Shown here one piece after another: positions 53,177-61,922 of a stretch of 61,922 nucleotides of DNA. Origin of the DNA: Oligoflexia bacterium (GTDB taxonomy: Bacteria; Bdellovibrionota; Bdellovibrionia; JABDDW01); assembly GCA_043732305.1 (NCBI GenBank), contig JAYTHU010000177.1, positions 1-61,922 of the forward strand, in the 5' to 3' direction. Positions within the stretch are counted from its first letter, which is position 1; every line of letters begins with the position of its first letter. Position numbers and translations under genes: made by a program. The notes below the pieces were generated by a model. That model was given only the letters and a program-made list of their open reading frames with translations, had not been told where the DNA came from and did not search any database.

Positions 53177-54318
53177 TCTTCAAATCCATAGTCGAGTTTG
53201 ATAAGGTCGCCACTAGAATCTCTAGTCAAATTACCAGTAGACTCTTTTTCAAAAATGTATCGGTTCGTGAATCTATTTAATGTCTGCATGAATTGATCGT
53301 CGGTAATATTAATAAATTTCAAAAAATCCGGAAGATATTTTCGTGGGATTTTTCCTTCATGTTTTTTAGCAAGTTTGAATCCTTCCGCTCGATTCATTCT
53401 GCCAAAACGAATATCTACGCATGCATTATCCGTGGCCCGACCATAGCCATATTTTAGAAACTTCATATAATCATGAAGTCCGCCAATCCATTTGCAGTCA
53501 AGATTCTCATAATCTGTGTAGGTGCCTTCACAGGGGCCTTCAGGATTAGGAACCCATCCCATGGACTTCATGATTTCCATGTTTTTTCGACCGTCCCAAA
53601 ATGTGTAGTATCCTAAAAAAAGGCCCGTCACACCAACTCGACGAAGATCTTCATCATCCGGGTAGTCGTAGACTTTAAGATCATTTAAATTAATTCCATC
53701 ATTTACTAAATCAGAAATTCTATAGCCAAGCATTTGATATTCTTCAAGCCATCGGCGATCCAAAACTTGACTGTCACGGGCGTGAGCAGGACCTCCGTAT
53801 TCAAGCTGAGAGTTCTCCCCCCAAATGATAAGGGGAATATTATAATTCACAGCCACGCGCGCGGGAGCAGTGAAAATTCCAATATGCTCTGGCCAGCAAC
53901 AGTCGCCCAGCTTATGAAATCCAACTTTTACCATCTCACGATACGCTTTTCTATTAGCGCCTACCTGAAGAAGATCAAAGCCCAAATCTCTTAGGAACAG
54001 CAAGTTCTCGTGCCCTAGAGGCGTGACTTCACAAGGAACAAAATTGACGCAAAGAGGGTTCATTCCATACTTATTTTTCATGACATAAGCCTGATAGCAA
54101 CTGTCTTTACCGCCACTCACGGGTATAATACAATCATAGGACTTTCCGTCTTTTGACCGGTACTTATCTAAAATGGTAAGAAGTTCTTTTTCGCGAGACT
54201 CCCAATCAATACCTGTTTTTTTTCTCTCGGCTGATAGGCAGGCATCGCAAATGCCTTCCTCATTGAAAACAATCTCGGGGCGGGTGTCTGGCATTATACA
54301 TTTGTTACAATAATTCAT
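53173..54318 (-). CDS. N-acetyl-sugar amidotransferase (WbuX/PseA/WbpG family)
   Basis: YCNKCIMPDTRP..CDAC, PP-loop VSGGKDS, WGEN..EYGG, HDYMKFLKYGYGRA. Confidence 0.9.
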   Translation of the reverse strand: MNYCNKCIMPDTRPEIVFNEEGICDACLSAERKKTGIDWESREKELLTILDKYRSKDGKSYDCIIPVSGGKDSCYQAYVMKNKYGMNPLCVNFVPCEVTPLGHENLLFLRDLGFDLLQVGANRKAYREMVKVGFHKLGDCCWPEHIGIFTAPARVAVNYNIPLIIWGENSQLEYGGPAHARDSQVLDRRWLEEYQMLGYRISDLVNDGINLNDLKVYDYPDDEDLRRVGVTGLFLGYYTFWDGRKNMEIMKSMGWVPNPEGPCEGTYTDYENLDCKWIGGLHDYMKFLKYGYGRATDNACVDIRFGRMNRAEGFKLAKKHEGKIPRKYLPDFLKFINITDDQFMQTLNRFTNRYIFEKESTGNLTRDSSGDLIKLDYGFEE

Positions 54319-54378
54319 AAGATCAAAACCTCGTCAAAAATATACACCAATGTAGCCTAAAATGAAACTAATAGAGAT

Positions 54379-55599
54379 TTGAGTAGTATAAGTTCTCCCG
54401 GTAAGAATATAAATAAATCCAAGATGCAAAATCAACCAAAAATTTCTCATTTAGAACTTGAGTCTTGTCCTATTTGTGAGGGATCTGCTAAACTCTTATC
54501 TTGCCGAATTCGCACTTTTATTGCTCAGTGGGAAACGGTGGTTGAATCTGAATTTGCGGTCTGCCTAGATTGTGATTTCGGATTTATGACAAATCCGTTT
54601 GATAATCTTACCATGGGAAACTATTACAAGGCAAATGACCAGCTGAGAAGAGACTTTGTCACTCTCGAAGAAGACCATCATCTTTCAGGGCAAATTGATT
54701 TTATTCGACATTTCACTCCCGCGATGAAGGATAAAAAAGTTCTTGAAATTGGAGCCGATTACGGAGCATTTCTCAGTAAGGTTGCGGCAAATATTTCCTC
54801 TCATGCATATTTTGATGAACTGAACTTGAACGCGCAAGAATGCTTGAGGAAAAAAGGGTTCAAGTCGATAGATGATTTAGCTTCCAAAGATAGAATTTTT
54901 GATCTTGTATCCTTGCGACATGTTTTTGAACACATCCCAAATCCAACCTCCTATTTGATTTTTCTCAGGGAGCGTATTTCAGAAAGAGGTTACGTTTTTC
55001 TTGAGGTCCCTGACTACACTACAATCCGTGACGAGCAATCAGATGTATTTCAATTAGAGCATGTGAATTATTTTTCCCTTACCTCAATGGTAAAGGTTGT
55101 TGCGGCATCAGGTTATGATCTTGTCACCTTCCAGTTTGCGCAGACTCCGGATTATTCAACTTCGCCAAATCGTGTGTTGAGAGTGATTTTGCAAAAATCT
55201 GCTGTTAATCAGATTCAAAAAATTCAAAGTTTCGCCGATTGGGAGCAATTGCTCAAAAAAACAAAATCAGATTTTGTGGAATTAGATTCAGTTCGGAAAC
55301 AATATCCGGAAGCTAGATTTGCAATTTATGGTGCCGGCACGAAAACCCGTGAGTATTTGGCCAACACCTGTTTGGATATGAGCAAAGTGGTTATTTTCGA
55401 TAAAGATCCAAAGAAAATCGACACTCTGATGCAGAACATCAGGATTCTTGATCCTGAAAAAATATCGAATGATTTTTTTGATTTTCTGATTGTGCTCGTT
55501 GTCGGTTATAAAAAAGAAGTCACTCAGTTTCTATTAGAAAAAGGTATAGATCAAAAGAAGCTTGTTTTTCTTAAAAGTTGTGATTCAACTAGACTTTAA
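54379..55599 (+). CDS. SAM methyltransferase with N-terminal zinc motif and C-terminal Rossmann-like domain (NDP-sugar C-methyltransferase-like); ATG at 54424 may be the true start
   Basis: CPIC...CLDC, LEIGADYG, RHVFEHI, EHVNYFS, IYGAGTK. Confidence 0.75.
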   Translation: MSSISSPGKNINKSKMQNQPKISHLELESCPICEGSAKLLSCRIRTFIAQWETVVESEFAVCLDCDFGFMTNPFDNLTMGNYYKANDQLRRDFVTLEEDHHLSGQIDFIRHFTPAMKDKKVLEIGADYGAFLSKVAANISSHAYFDELNLNAQECLRKKGFKSIDDLASKDRIFDLVSLRHVFEHIPNPTSYLIFLRERISERGYVFLEVPDYTTIRDEQSDVFQLEHVNYFSLTSMVKVVAASGYDLVTFQFAQTPDYSTSPNRVLRVILQKSAVNQIQKIQSFADWEQLLKKTKSDFVELDSVRKQYPEARFAIYGAGTKTREYLANTCLDMSKVVIFDKDPKKIDTLMQNIRILDPEKISNDFFDFLIVLVVGYKKEVTQFLLEKGIDQKKLVFLKSCDSTRL

Positions 55600-56049
55600 T
55601 CGCTTCATAAAATCGAGCTGTAAAATCTTGTCGAGCTGATTTTGTAAGAGGGTCTGCGTATCGGCAGGTTTCGTTTAGCTCTTGTATTTTCAGCACCTCA
55701 ACGTAGGTGCTTTCAGATGTTCTTAAAATTTTAAGCACGTCTCGATAAACCCGACTTTTTCTTCATCATCAAATAGATAAAAAGGAGGCTCCCACAAAAT
55801 CGTCTGGATTTTTTTGAGCTTCTAAAAGCTTGGGTAATTTGGGATAAGCGAAAAAATACCACAATCGAAATCAATCACGTAGAAATTTTCTCTAAACAAG
55901 CGGGGTCGTAAGTAGCGGCGTGATTGTCGGATTCTATTTGCCAGGAAATTTGCCTGGGCGAATGAGCGAAGCGTTAGTGCAACCCTCAGGCACATTGCCG
56001 CCGGTGTACCCTCCAAACGCATTCATTCGAATTACGCCCGACGCTCAGG

Positions 56050-56487
56050 TTTAGATCAGAGGGTCACACTCAGACCGCGTTCGTCATGGAGACCTTAATG
56101 GATGAACTCCCGCCCAAAGCTGGCAAAGTTCTTTTCGTTTTCCGCAAAGAACTCTTACACAAAAACCCTCGGCATCTTGCCGTTTTAGAACTTTTGAAAA
56201 AAGTTTCTCCACTCGATAAACCTGCGCCTCACGATCATACTTATTGTCTTGCGATTCATGAATCTTTTGGAACAGTTATTGAGCAGGTTGTGGAAATTTC
56301 GATGGCGAAATATGGAAAGATCGAAATAGAAAAAGGCAAAATTACAACCCAAAACTTTAACACATATTAAGTGGTGCTAATGCGCGAGATGTCGGAAGTT
56401 GAAGTCCATTTTGTTGAGTCCGAAAACGAACCAACTGGATTGGGAGAATCGGGTGTCTATCCCATCGCACCAGCCATCGCCAATGCG
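56050..56487 (+). pseudogene. Fragment of xanthine-dehydrogenase-family molybdopterin subunit (IorB-like)
   Basis: [51 protein letters not shown]; internal stop and deletions. Confidence 0.8.
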
Positions 56488-56578
56488 AATTCGTCATCGA
56501 ATATTCTATGGTGCAGAAGTCACCGAAGTAGACGAACCGCCTGCTACCTCTGGGTGAACTTTATTTCGATCTGATCCG

Positions 56579-56887
56579 GTGTTTCAAGCTGAATTTGAAG
56601 TTGTTGCGGAGCCAAAGGCGCTTTTACCAGGCGATTTGCGGTATTTGGTTAAAAAGCATGGGATTCGCTTTTCTGAGGCCGTGAGCATTTGGCTGGATGA
56701 TTCCGCGCTAGAGACTCCAGCCCCGGAACACTCTGACGATGAAGAAAGATGGCTCTGGCTGGGGATCTCACGAAAAGCCAATTTATTAGTGGTTGTTTAC
56801 TGTGAAAAAATCGAGGGTGAGCGGGTTCGTATCATCTCTGCAAGGCCAGCCGCCAAAACCGAATCAAACCAATACCATTCGAGGTGA
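56579..56887 (+). CDS. brnT: BrnT-family toxin (atypical N-terminus)
   Basis: KKHGIRFSEA, EHSDDEERW, LLVVVY, RIISAR. Confidence 0.8.
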   Translation: MFQAEFEVVAEPKALLPGDLRYLVKKHGIRFSEAVSIWLDDSALETPAPEHSDDEERWLWLGISRKANLLVVVYCEKIEGERVRIISARPAAKTESNQYHSR

Positions 56888-56890
56888 GTT

Positions 56891-57133
56891 ATGAAAAATG
56901 AATATGATTTCTCAAAAGCAAAGAAGGCAAAAAAAGTAAAAGACATCAAGGTTATTAAAACGTTTAGACTTGATGCTGAGGTCATTGAATGGCTGGAATC
57001 TGAAGGTGAGAAACAAGGGATGGGCTATCAGACTTTCTTGAATTGGTTCCTTAGAAAATCTATTGAGTCCCATGATTCCGTAGAGGATCGTCTAGAAAAG
57101 CTTGAGCAGACGGTTTTTAGAAAAAAAGCATAG
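56891..57133 (+). CDS. brnA: BrnA-family antitoxin
   Basis: MKNEYDFSK, TFRLDAEVIEW, GYQTFLN; directly downstream of brnT. Confidence 0.85.
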   Translation: MKNEYDFSKAKKAKKVKDIKVIKTFRLDAEVIEWLESEGEKQGMGYQTFLNWFLRKSIESHDSVEDRLEKLEQTVFRKKA

Positions 57134-57157
57134 CTTCGATATTTTGCACTGGGGCAA

Positions 57158-57436
57158 CTAGGCAACCTCACACAACTGGCAAAACACTTTTTGGTTATTT
57201 TTGATACGCAGTTTGACGGCGTCCTCGCGCCTAACCAAGATCCGTATTTCTTCTTCCTTATCCCAGCTTTGACTAAATTTTTCTAAGAGCGTTTCCTCTT
57301 TGAATGCCGTATGTGGGATTCGCTCATTGTGCTTCTTAAACCAACAGTTTGTGTGATGAGTTAGGGATTTTAAAGAATTTATTTCTTTATGGTACAAACA
57401 ATTGTGCTTCATCGAGCGAAAAAGAGCCTCCTCCAA
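57158..57436 (-). mobile_element. C-terminal fragment of integrase-core (DDE) transposase
   Basis: EALFRSMKH..LY...HNERIPH.AF pattern. Confidence 0.6.
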
Positions 57437-57699
57437 AGGTGGAATATCCAGATCGGAAAAATAAAAGCTCCAGTTTTTAGTTGGAGTTCTGTTGATTATT
57501 TTTTAGCTGGGAACCAGCGCTATTAGTCGCAGGACGAGAAATCTGCTTCAACTTGAGGTTTAGCCTGGCAAACAAGCTCATTAAATGCGGGCATTTTCTA
57601 TTGCGGATCCTTTTGGTTGAAGCGCTTTCCACGCAGCAGCTTCAGGGTCATTCCAAATCCGGCAGAAATATTGATAACAGTCTTTGCTCCGCTAGCATT

Positions 57700-58135
57700 A
57701 ACGAGCTGCTGCGAACAGGAGGGGAGTTTCGAAAGAAGACTATAAGGAAGGGAAATACTCCAATCCTTCTCCCAGTGACGATACATACGCCTAAAAATAA
57801 AACTGAATGCTTCTGGTAAATCCTCACGTACAACTGTTTTTTCCTTCAAATCTTGCAGAGTCAATTCAGTTTTCACAGAGCAAGAATAAGATGCGACCAC
57901 CAGGGGATGACTTTTTTCACTAGCCAGAAGTTCGCCACGGTTATTTTTAAGGGAAAATTTCTTGAGATCCCATCTCCTGGGAATAATCCAATAGTTATAA
58001 GAATCGCCCGGCGTGAATTCATGAAGAACGACTGAACCAATAAGATTCTCGAGGCAGAGTTTTTCAAACTTTTTATAAGAAGTTTCGGTGTCGATCCCAT
58101 TGAGCACTCGATTAAGCGGCCCAAATTGATATAAA
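57700..58135 (-). pseudogene. N-terminal fragment of DUF4910/DUF2172 aminopeptidase-like protein
   Basis: PLNRVLNG, HEFTPGD..YWIIPRRW, HPLVVASYS, LPEAF...DWSISL; then diverges. Confidence 0.55.
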
Positions 58136-58179
58136 TTTTATTTACAACAACATTCAGCCGAGGTACGATTACTCTACAA

Positions 58180-58734
58180 GTGAGGGAATACATGACAATA
58201 AGATTGCTATTTTTTGCTATTTTTACCACTGGATTTATTCTTGGAAACGGATCAATTGCAATCGCGAGAAATATCACAAAAGTGTGCAGCTCAAGTGTCA
58301 CTTTGAACTTGCAGTATCTACCCTACGATGATGAGACTGGCCCAAATTGGACCGCCGATTTTTCCCAATGCCCGCAAACGGTCACCTACGACTATCACAA
58401 GATGAATCATCTCGCCGAATGCGTCGCCACAATTAACGACGTGATAGTAAAAATCCACTACAGTTTTGGTATTTGGGATAGCGAAACAGACACAACCCTT
58501 CAAGCCGGAGAAAAAGAATTGGAAACAGGAATCTGGATCGAAATGGTGAGTGAGGGTGGTCATCGATACGAGGGATCCGACCAAAGCTTTGATCGAATCG
58601 TCCTCGACTCGTCGGTCAATCATGTTCAGTTCCACCATCCCGTGGCTCTTGATCGTCATAATAGTAGTAGCAAAGCAGTTTATCAGTTTTATTTTACACC
58701 CAATGTCATCGACAACGGCTGTAAAATAGACTGA
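58180..58734 (+). CDS. Hypothetical secreted protein
   Basis: Signal-peptide-like N-terminus, 184 aa, four Cys. Confidence 0.6.
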   Translation: MREYMTIRLLFFAIFTTGFILGNGSIAIARNITKVCSSSVTLNLQYLPYDDETGPNWTADFSQCPQTVTYDYHKMNHLAECVATINDVIVKIHYSFGIWDSETDTTLQAGEKELETGIWIEMVSEGGHRYEGSDQSFDRIVLDSSVNHVQFHHPVALDRHNSSSKAVYQFYFTPNVIDNGCKID

Positions 58735-60083
58735 GTCAAAGCGCCAGGATCATGTCAAATGAGATAAAATGACCCCCGTCTCCTGGGAAAGCCACCTGCT
58801 CACCCGCCATCAGTTACAGGCGCTCATCGTGCGTTTTTTCTTGGGCCATTATGACTAACAAAACTAGTTTGTTGAATATTTTTTGATCTAAACGCACTCG
58901 TCAAAAGAAGATATCCCAGTCCTTTTCGCCGTTGGAATTCAAATTCCCGATTCAGGAAACAACAATCGGTCCGGATTTCCGGAATAATGTCAATTTAAAC
59001 AAAACATAATTTATTTTTTATCTCTTATCTGAGTCAATTCAAACACTTCATTCACAATTCTAAAACAAGTGTCAATATTGAAATTTAAAAAAAAGGGAGG
59101 CTCTTTTAAAGGAGGTTTTATTTAAAAATTGTCGGGTCGTGAAAATAAAGTTTGTCAGTTTTCAGATCATTACTCTTTGCTCAGTCATTTTTAACAGTGA
59201 TTCTCGTGAGCGGATATCCTGGGAGACCAGGATAACGTTCAGCTGTAATCGCGTCCTTAGCCCGGGAAAGCTGGGCAAGAACTCCGTTTGGTAGGTGAGC
59301 AAACGACTGTCGACCGAATCTGAGGGCAAGGATCTCGTAAAAATCTTTAGAACTTTTTTCCACTGGGTAAACTTCTATTTTCTCACGTAAATCAGAACCG
59401 CCAAATCGCGCTCTCCCGAGTCAGGACTTGCCGACTTAACCGATTTTTAGATTTGGATTAAAAGACGACGAGCTGATGATCCAAGGGTGAATTAGTGGTC
59501 ACTCTCGTCGAGTCAATGTCTTCGGTTTTTATAGCGATATTTCTGGTACGAAATTTTTGAGTGTATCTTGTCTCGCGTTGACGTGAGAACTCGAGATCGA
59601 AAAGTTGGTATGAGTAGTGACATTATTTATTTTCAAATTTTGCATTCTATTTTCTTATTGGAGAATGTAACCGCCATCACTACATCCAGCCCGGGGACTT
59701 CCAAAGCAACAACATCATTTCGAAGATGACTTCGCTCAGCAACACTTCGGGATGAACTTCGATAATTTTAATCAATCAGCAGACTAAGAATTTTAGCTGC
59801 AATGGATCCGCTTATTCAAAATCTGGAAAAATACCCCAGACAAATCAAATGCATGCCACAAATTTCAAAAATCAGTGAAATTCATTGCCAGTAACCCGTT
59901 ACAATCACACAATTTTAACAAGAACCAAGGCAAAGCTAGATGTAAGACTTGAATATTTCGGCCTTAATTCTTGCTATCCGCTGTTGGACTCGATCTAAAA
60001 ATTCTTTCTCCGTCACTGCTTACAATGTTTGTTGTCATGGCTCTCGTAACAACTTTTATAACGGACCCACTTTTTCAGAGCAT

Positions 60084-60974
60084 TCAGCGCGAATAGTTTT
60101 TCGCAAAATTCCAAACTTCTTCAGCGGCCCAAGAGGCCCATGCATGCTCGCCATTTTTTACGAGCTTGGTGTGAACTGGCGCTCCTCCGGGACAAGAGTA
60201 TTCAGCTTCGATATCGCCGTTTGGCAAAGTTTTTTTGGTCGGCTCTTTACATTGTCGAAGACTCGTGATGATTTTGATCGATTCAGGAATTGAACGAAAA
60301 TCGGTGGTGCTAGGACCCTTGCCGCGACCACCTTCATATGGAACATTCTTGTCTGCCGAGCCGTGAATATCATAAAACGCAACTTTCTGCCCGGCCTTAC
60401 AATTATCGATTCCAAGAGATCCTGAAAAAGGAATCGCGGCGGCAAAGACATCCGGCAGATCGCACATCAGGCGATAAGAAAGCATTGCCCCGTTTGACTC
60501 GCCAGTAATATAAATGCGTTTTGAATCAATTGGATGTTTTTTTAAAATCTCTTTTGTCATTAAATCAAAAAATTTGACGTCATCGATATTTTTGCGTTGA
60601 GCGATAGCACAACAACTACCGGCATTCCAGACTCGACGCTCTTTTCCGAGTAAGGTACTTGTCCCGTTGGGATAGGCGACAATGAACTGATTTTTGGAAG
60701 CAACATCATTCATGCCCATTGTTCGAGATGAGTGATGTGCGTTGCCAGACCCGCCGTGAGCCACATACATCAGCGGTATTTTATTTTTTTGCAGATCATT
60801 TGGAATATATAAAAGATAGCTTCGAGTTGTTCCATCAATAACTATTTCATGGTCTTCTTCGCGTGCATAGGCTTGAGTAAAGACGGTTGTAACAAGAAGA
60901 AATAAAGTAAGCTTTTGAAAAATCATTGAAGAACTCCACGAGGTGAAAAGGTTCTGCTCGAACTTTCGCCTCAA
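60084..60974 (-). CDS. Secreted alpha/beta-hydrolase, LpqC/PHB-depolymerase-like esterase (start probably at MIFQK, about 60926)
   Basis: RSYLLYIP, HGGSG, AYPNG, WNAGSCC, DDVKFF, GESNGA nucleophile elbow, IHGSAD, GEHAW. Confidence 0.88.
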   Translation of the reverse strand: MRRKFEQNLFTSWSSSMIFQKLTLFLLVTTVFTQAYAREEDHEIVIDGTTRSYLLYIPNDLQKNKIPLMYVAHGGSGNAHHSSRTMGMNDVASKNQFIVAYPNGTSTLLGKERRVWNAGSCCAIAQRKNIDDVKFFDLMTKEILKKHPIDSKRIYITGESNGAMLSYRLMCDLPDVFAAAIPFSGSLGIDNCKAGQKVAFYDIHGSADKNVPYEGGRGKGPSTTDFRSIPESIKIITSLRQCKEPTKKTLPNGDIEAEYSCPGGAPVHTKLVKNGEHAWASWAAEEVWNFAKNYSR

Positions 60975-61053
60975 TGGCGCAAGTCTTTGTTATGACTTAA
61001 AAACTCCGTTTAAAAAATTGCTCGAACTCAAGAGAAACTCTGATATTTCAAAA

Positions 61054-61138
61054 TGGTGCCGACGACTGGACTTGAACCAGCACTCCTTGCGGAACCAGAT
61101 CCTAAGTCTGGCGTGTCTGCCAATTTCACCACGTCGGC
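61054..61138 (-). tRNA. tRNA-Leu (anticodon TAG)
   Basis: GCCGACGTGGTGAAATTGGCAGACACGCCAGACTTAGGATCTGGTTCCGCAAGGAGTGCTGGTTCAAGTCCAGTCGTCGGCACCA; long variable arm, encoded CCA. Confidence 0.96.
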
Positions 61139-61182
61139 GTAAAAACTAAAAAGCGGCAATAATAGATGGCTTCAAAGAATTA

Positions 61183-61650
61183 TCATAACCTTGGCATGAA
61201 GAACAATGCCAAATGAATCAGTCCGCAACCAATAACTCCGGCGACAATGTCATCGAGCACAACACCAGTGCCGCCATGAATGTTTTCGTCGAACCATCGG
61301 ATGGGCCATGGCTTCCACGAATCTAAAATGCGAAAAACCACAAAGCCCGCGAACATCATTTGCCACGAGCGACCAAGCCCGATCATCGTCACAAAATATC
61401 CGGCGATTTCATCTATTACAATGAGTTGGCAATCGTTCTCATTCTTGAAGATCTTGCCAGCCATTTCGGAGATCCAACACGCAAATACGATAAATCCAAC
61501 AACAAAGGCTAAATAGGGCCAAAACGAAAGCCACCCGCAAAGAAGCCAAAAAAATGGAATAGCCACGATTGTTCCATAGGTCCCAGGAGCGACTGGCCCA
61601 AAACCCACGCCTAATCCAGTCGCTAGCAGCTTTATCAAGTAATTTTTCAT
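61183..61650 (-). CDS. pgpA: Phosphatidylglycerophosphatase A
   Basis: APGTYGT, IVIDEIAG, FRILDSWKPWPI, GVVLDDIVAG. Confidence 0.93.
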   Translation of the reverse strand: MKNYLIKLLATGLGVGFGPVAPGTYGTIVAIPFFWLLCGWLSFWPYLAFVVGFIVFACWISEMAGKIFKNENDCQLIVIDEIAGYFVTMIGLGRSWQMMFAGFVVFRILDSWKPWPIRWFDENIHGGTGVVLDDIVAGVIGCGLIHLALFFMPRL

Positions 61651-61731
61651 AATTCGAAGGTTACTTTCCCATGGAAGCCGAAGTCAACATATGAAGAATA
61701 TTAAGATTTTTTGAATTTTTACCTAGATCTA

Positions 61732-61922
61732 GGCGCTGTCACTGGCTCCAGTTTTATCTCCAGCAAGGGACATGTTCCCGCCTAGGTCCAACAACAGAAA
61801 CTACATAATGACGTCGAAATAATTGCTGCAGCAGATATTTGTGAATCCAAACGAGAGCTTGTTCAAGCCAGGGTCGCGGCGTTGGTGTGTTATAGCGCCG
61901 TTTATCTACAGCATCATTATGT
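61732..61922 (+). pseudogene. Degraded N-terminus of a Gfo/Idh/MocA-like oxidoreductase
   Basis: GAVTGSSFISSKGHVPA*...DVEIIAAADIC; in-frame TAG at 61783. Confidence 0.45.

Noticed and set aside
58735..60083. CRISPR array, ncRNA or repeat array in the long low-coding stretch
   Set aside because: No regularly spaced repeats or convincing structured RNA seen by eye; it reads as eroded coding DNA.
60943..61149. 68-aa ORF
   Set aside because: Antisense to tRNA-Leu; spurious.

Overview
AT-rich bacterial DNA; the host cannot be assigned from this sequence alone. About 55 kb (1-55.6 kb) is one very large surface-glycan biosynthesis and modification locus made of short operons in alternating orientation. 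It contains: (i) a sugar operon at 1-6.7 kb (SIS isomerase, GmhB-like phosphatase, transaldolase, NAD-epimerase, HddA-like kinase, a UDP-Glc-dehydrogenase homologue lacking the catalytic Cys, an SDR and a Gfo/Idh/MocA protein) whose family content mirrors the lincomycin GDP-octose pathway; (ii) GT2/GT4 transferases, an ABC exporter, about seven GT-C-like membrane proteins and two O-antigen-ligase-like proteins; (iii) an asnB/deacetylase/FemAB-like/DegT/WbpA-like/wecB module; (iv) a pseudaminic-acid pathway (pseB, pseC, pseG-H fusion, pseI, SpsF-type cytidylyltransferase) with amidotransferase-HisH-HisF, methyltransferase and PhyH-dioxygenase tailoring genes, split by IS5/ISNCY-like/IS66 debris. 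The right end (55.6-61.9 kb) is a decayed zone with IorB-like, DUF4910-like and integrase fragments and brnT/brnA, followed by a secreted esterase, tRNA-Leu(TAG) and pgpA. All family calls come from reading motifs by eye; no searches were run.
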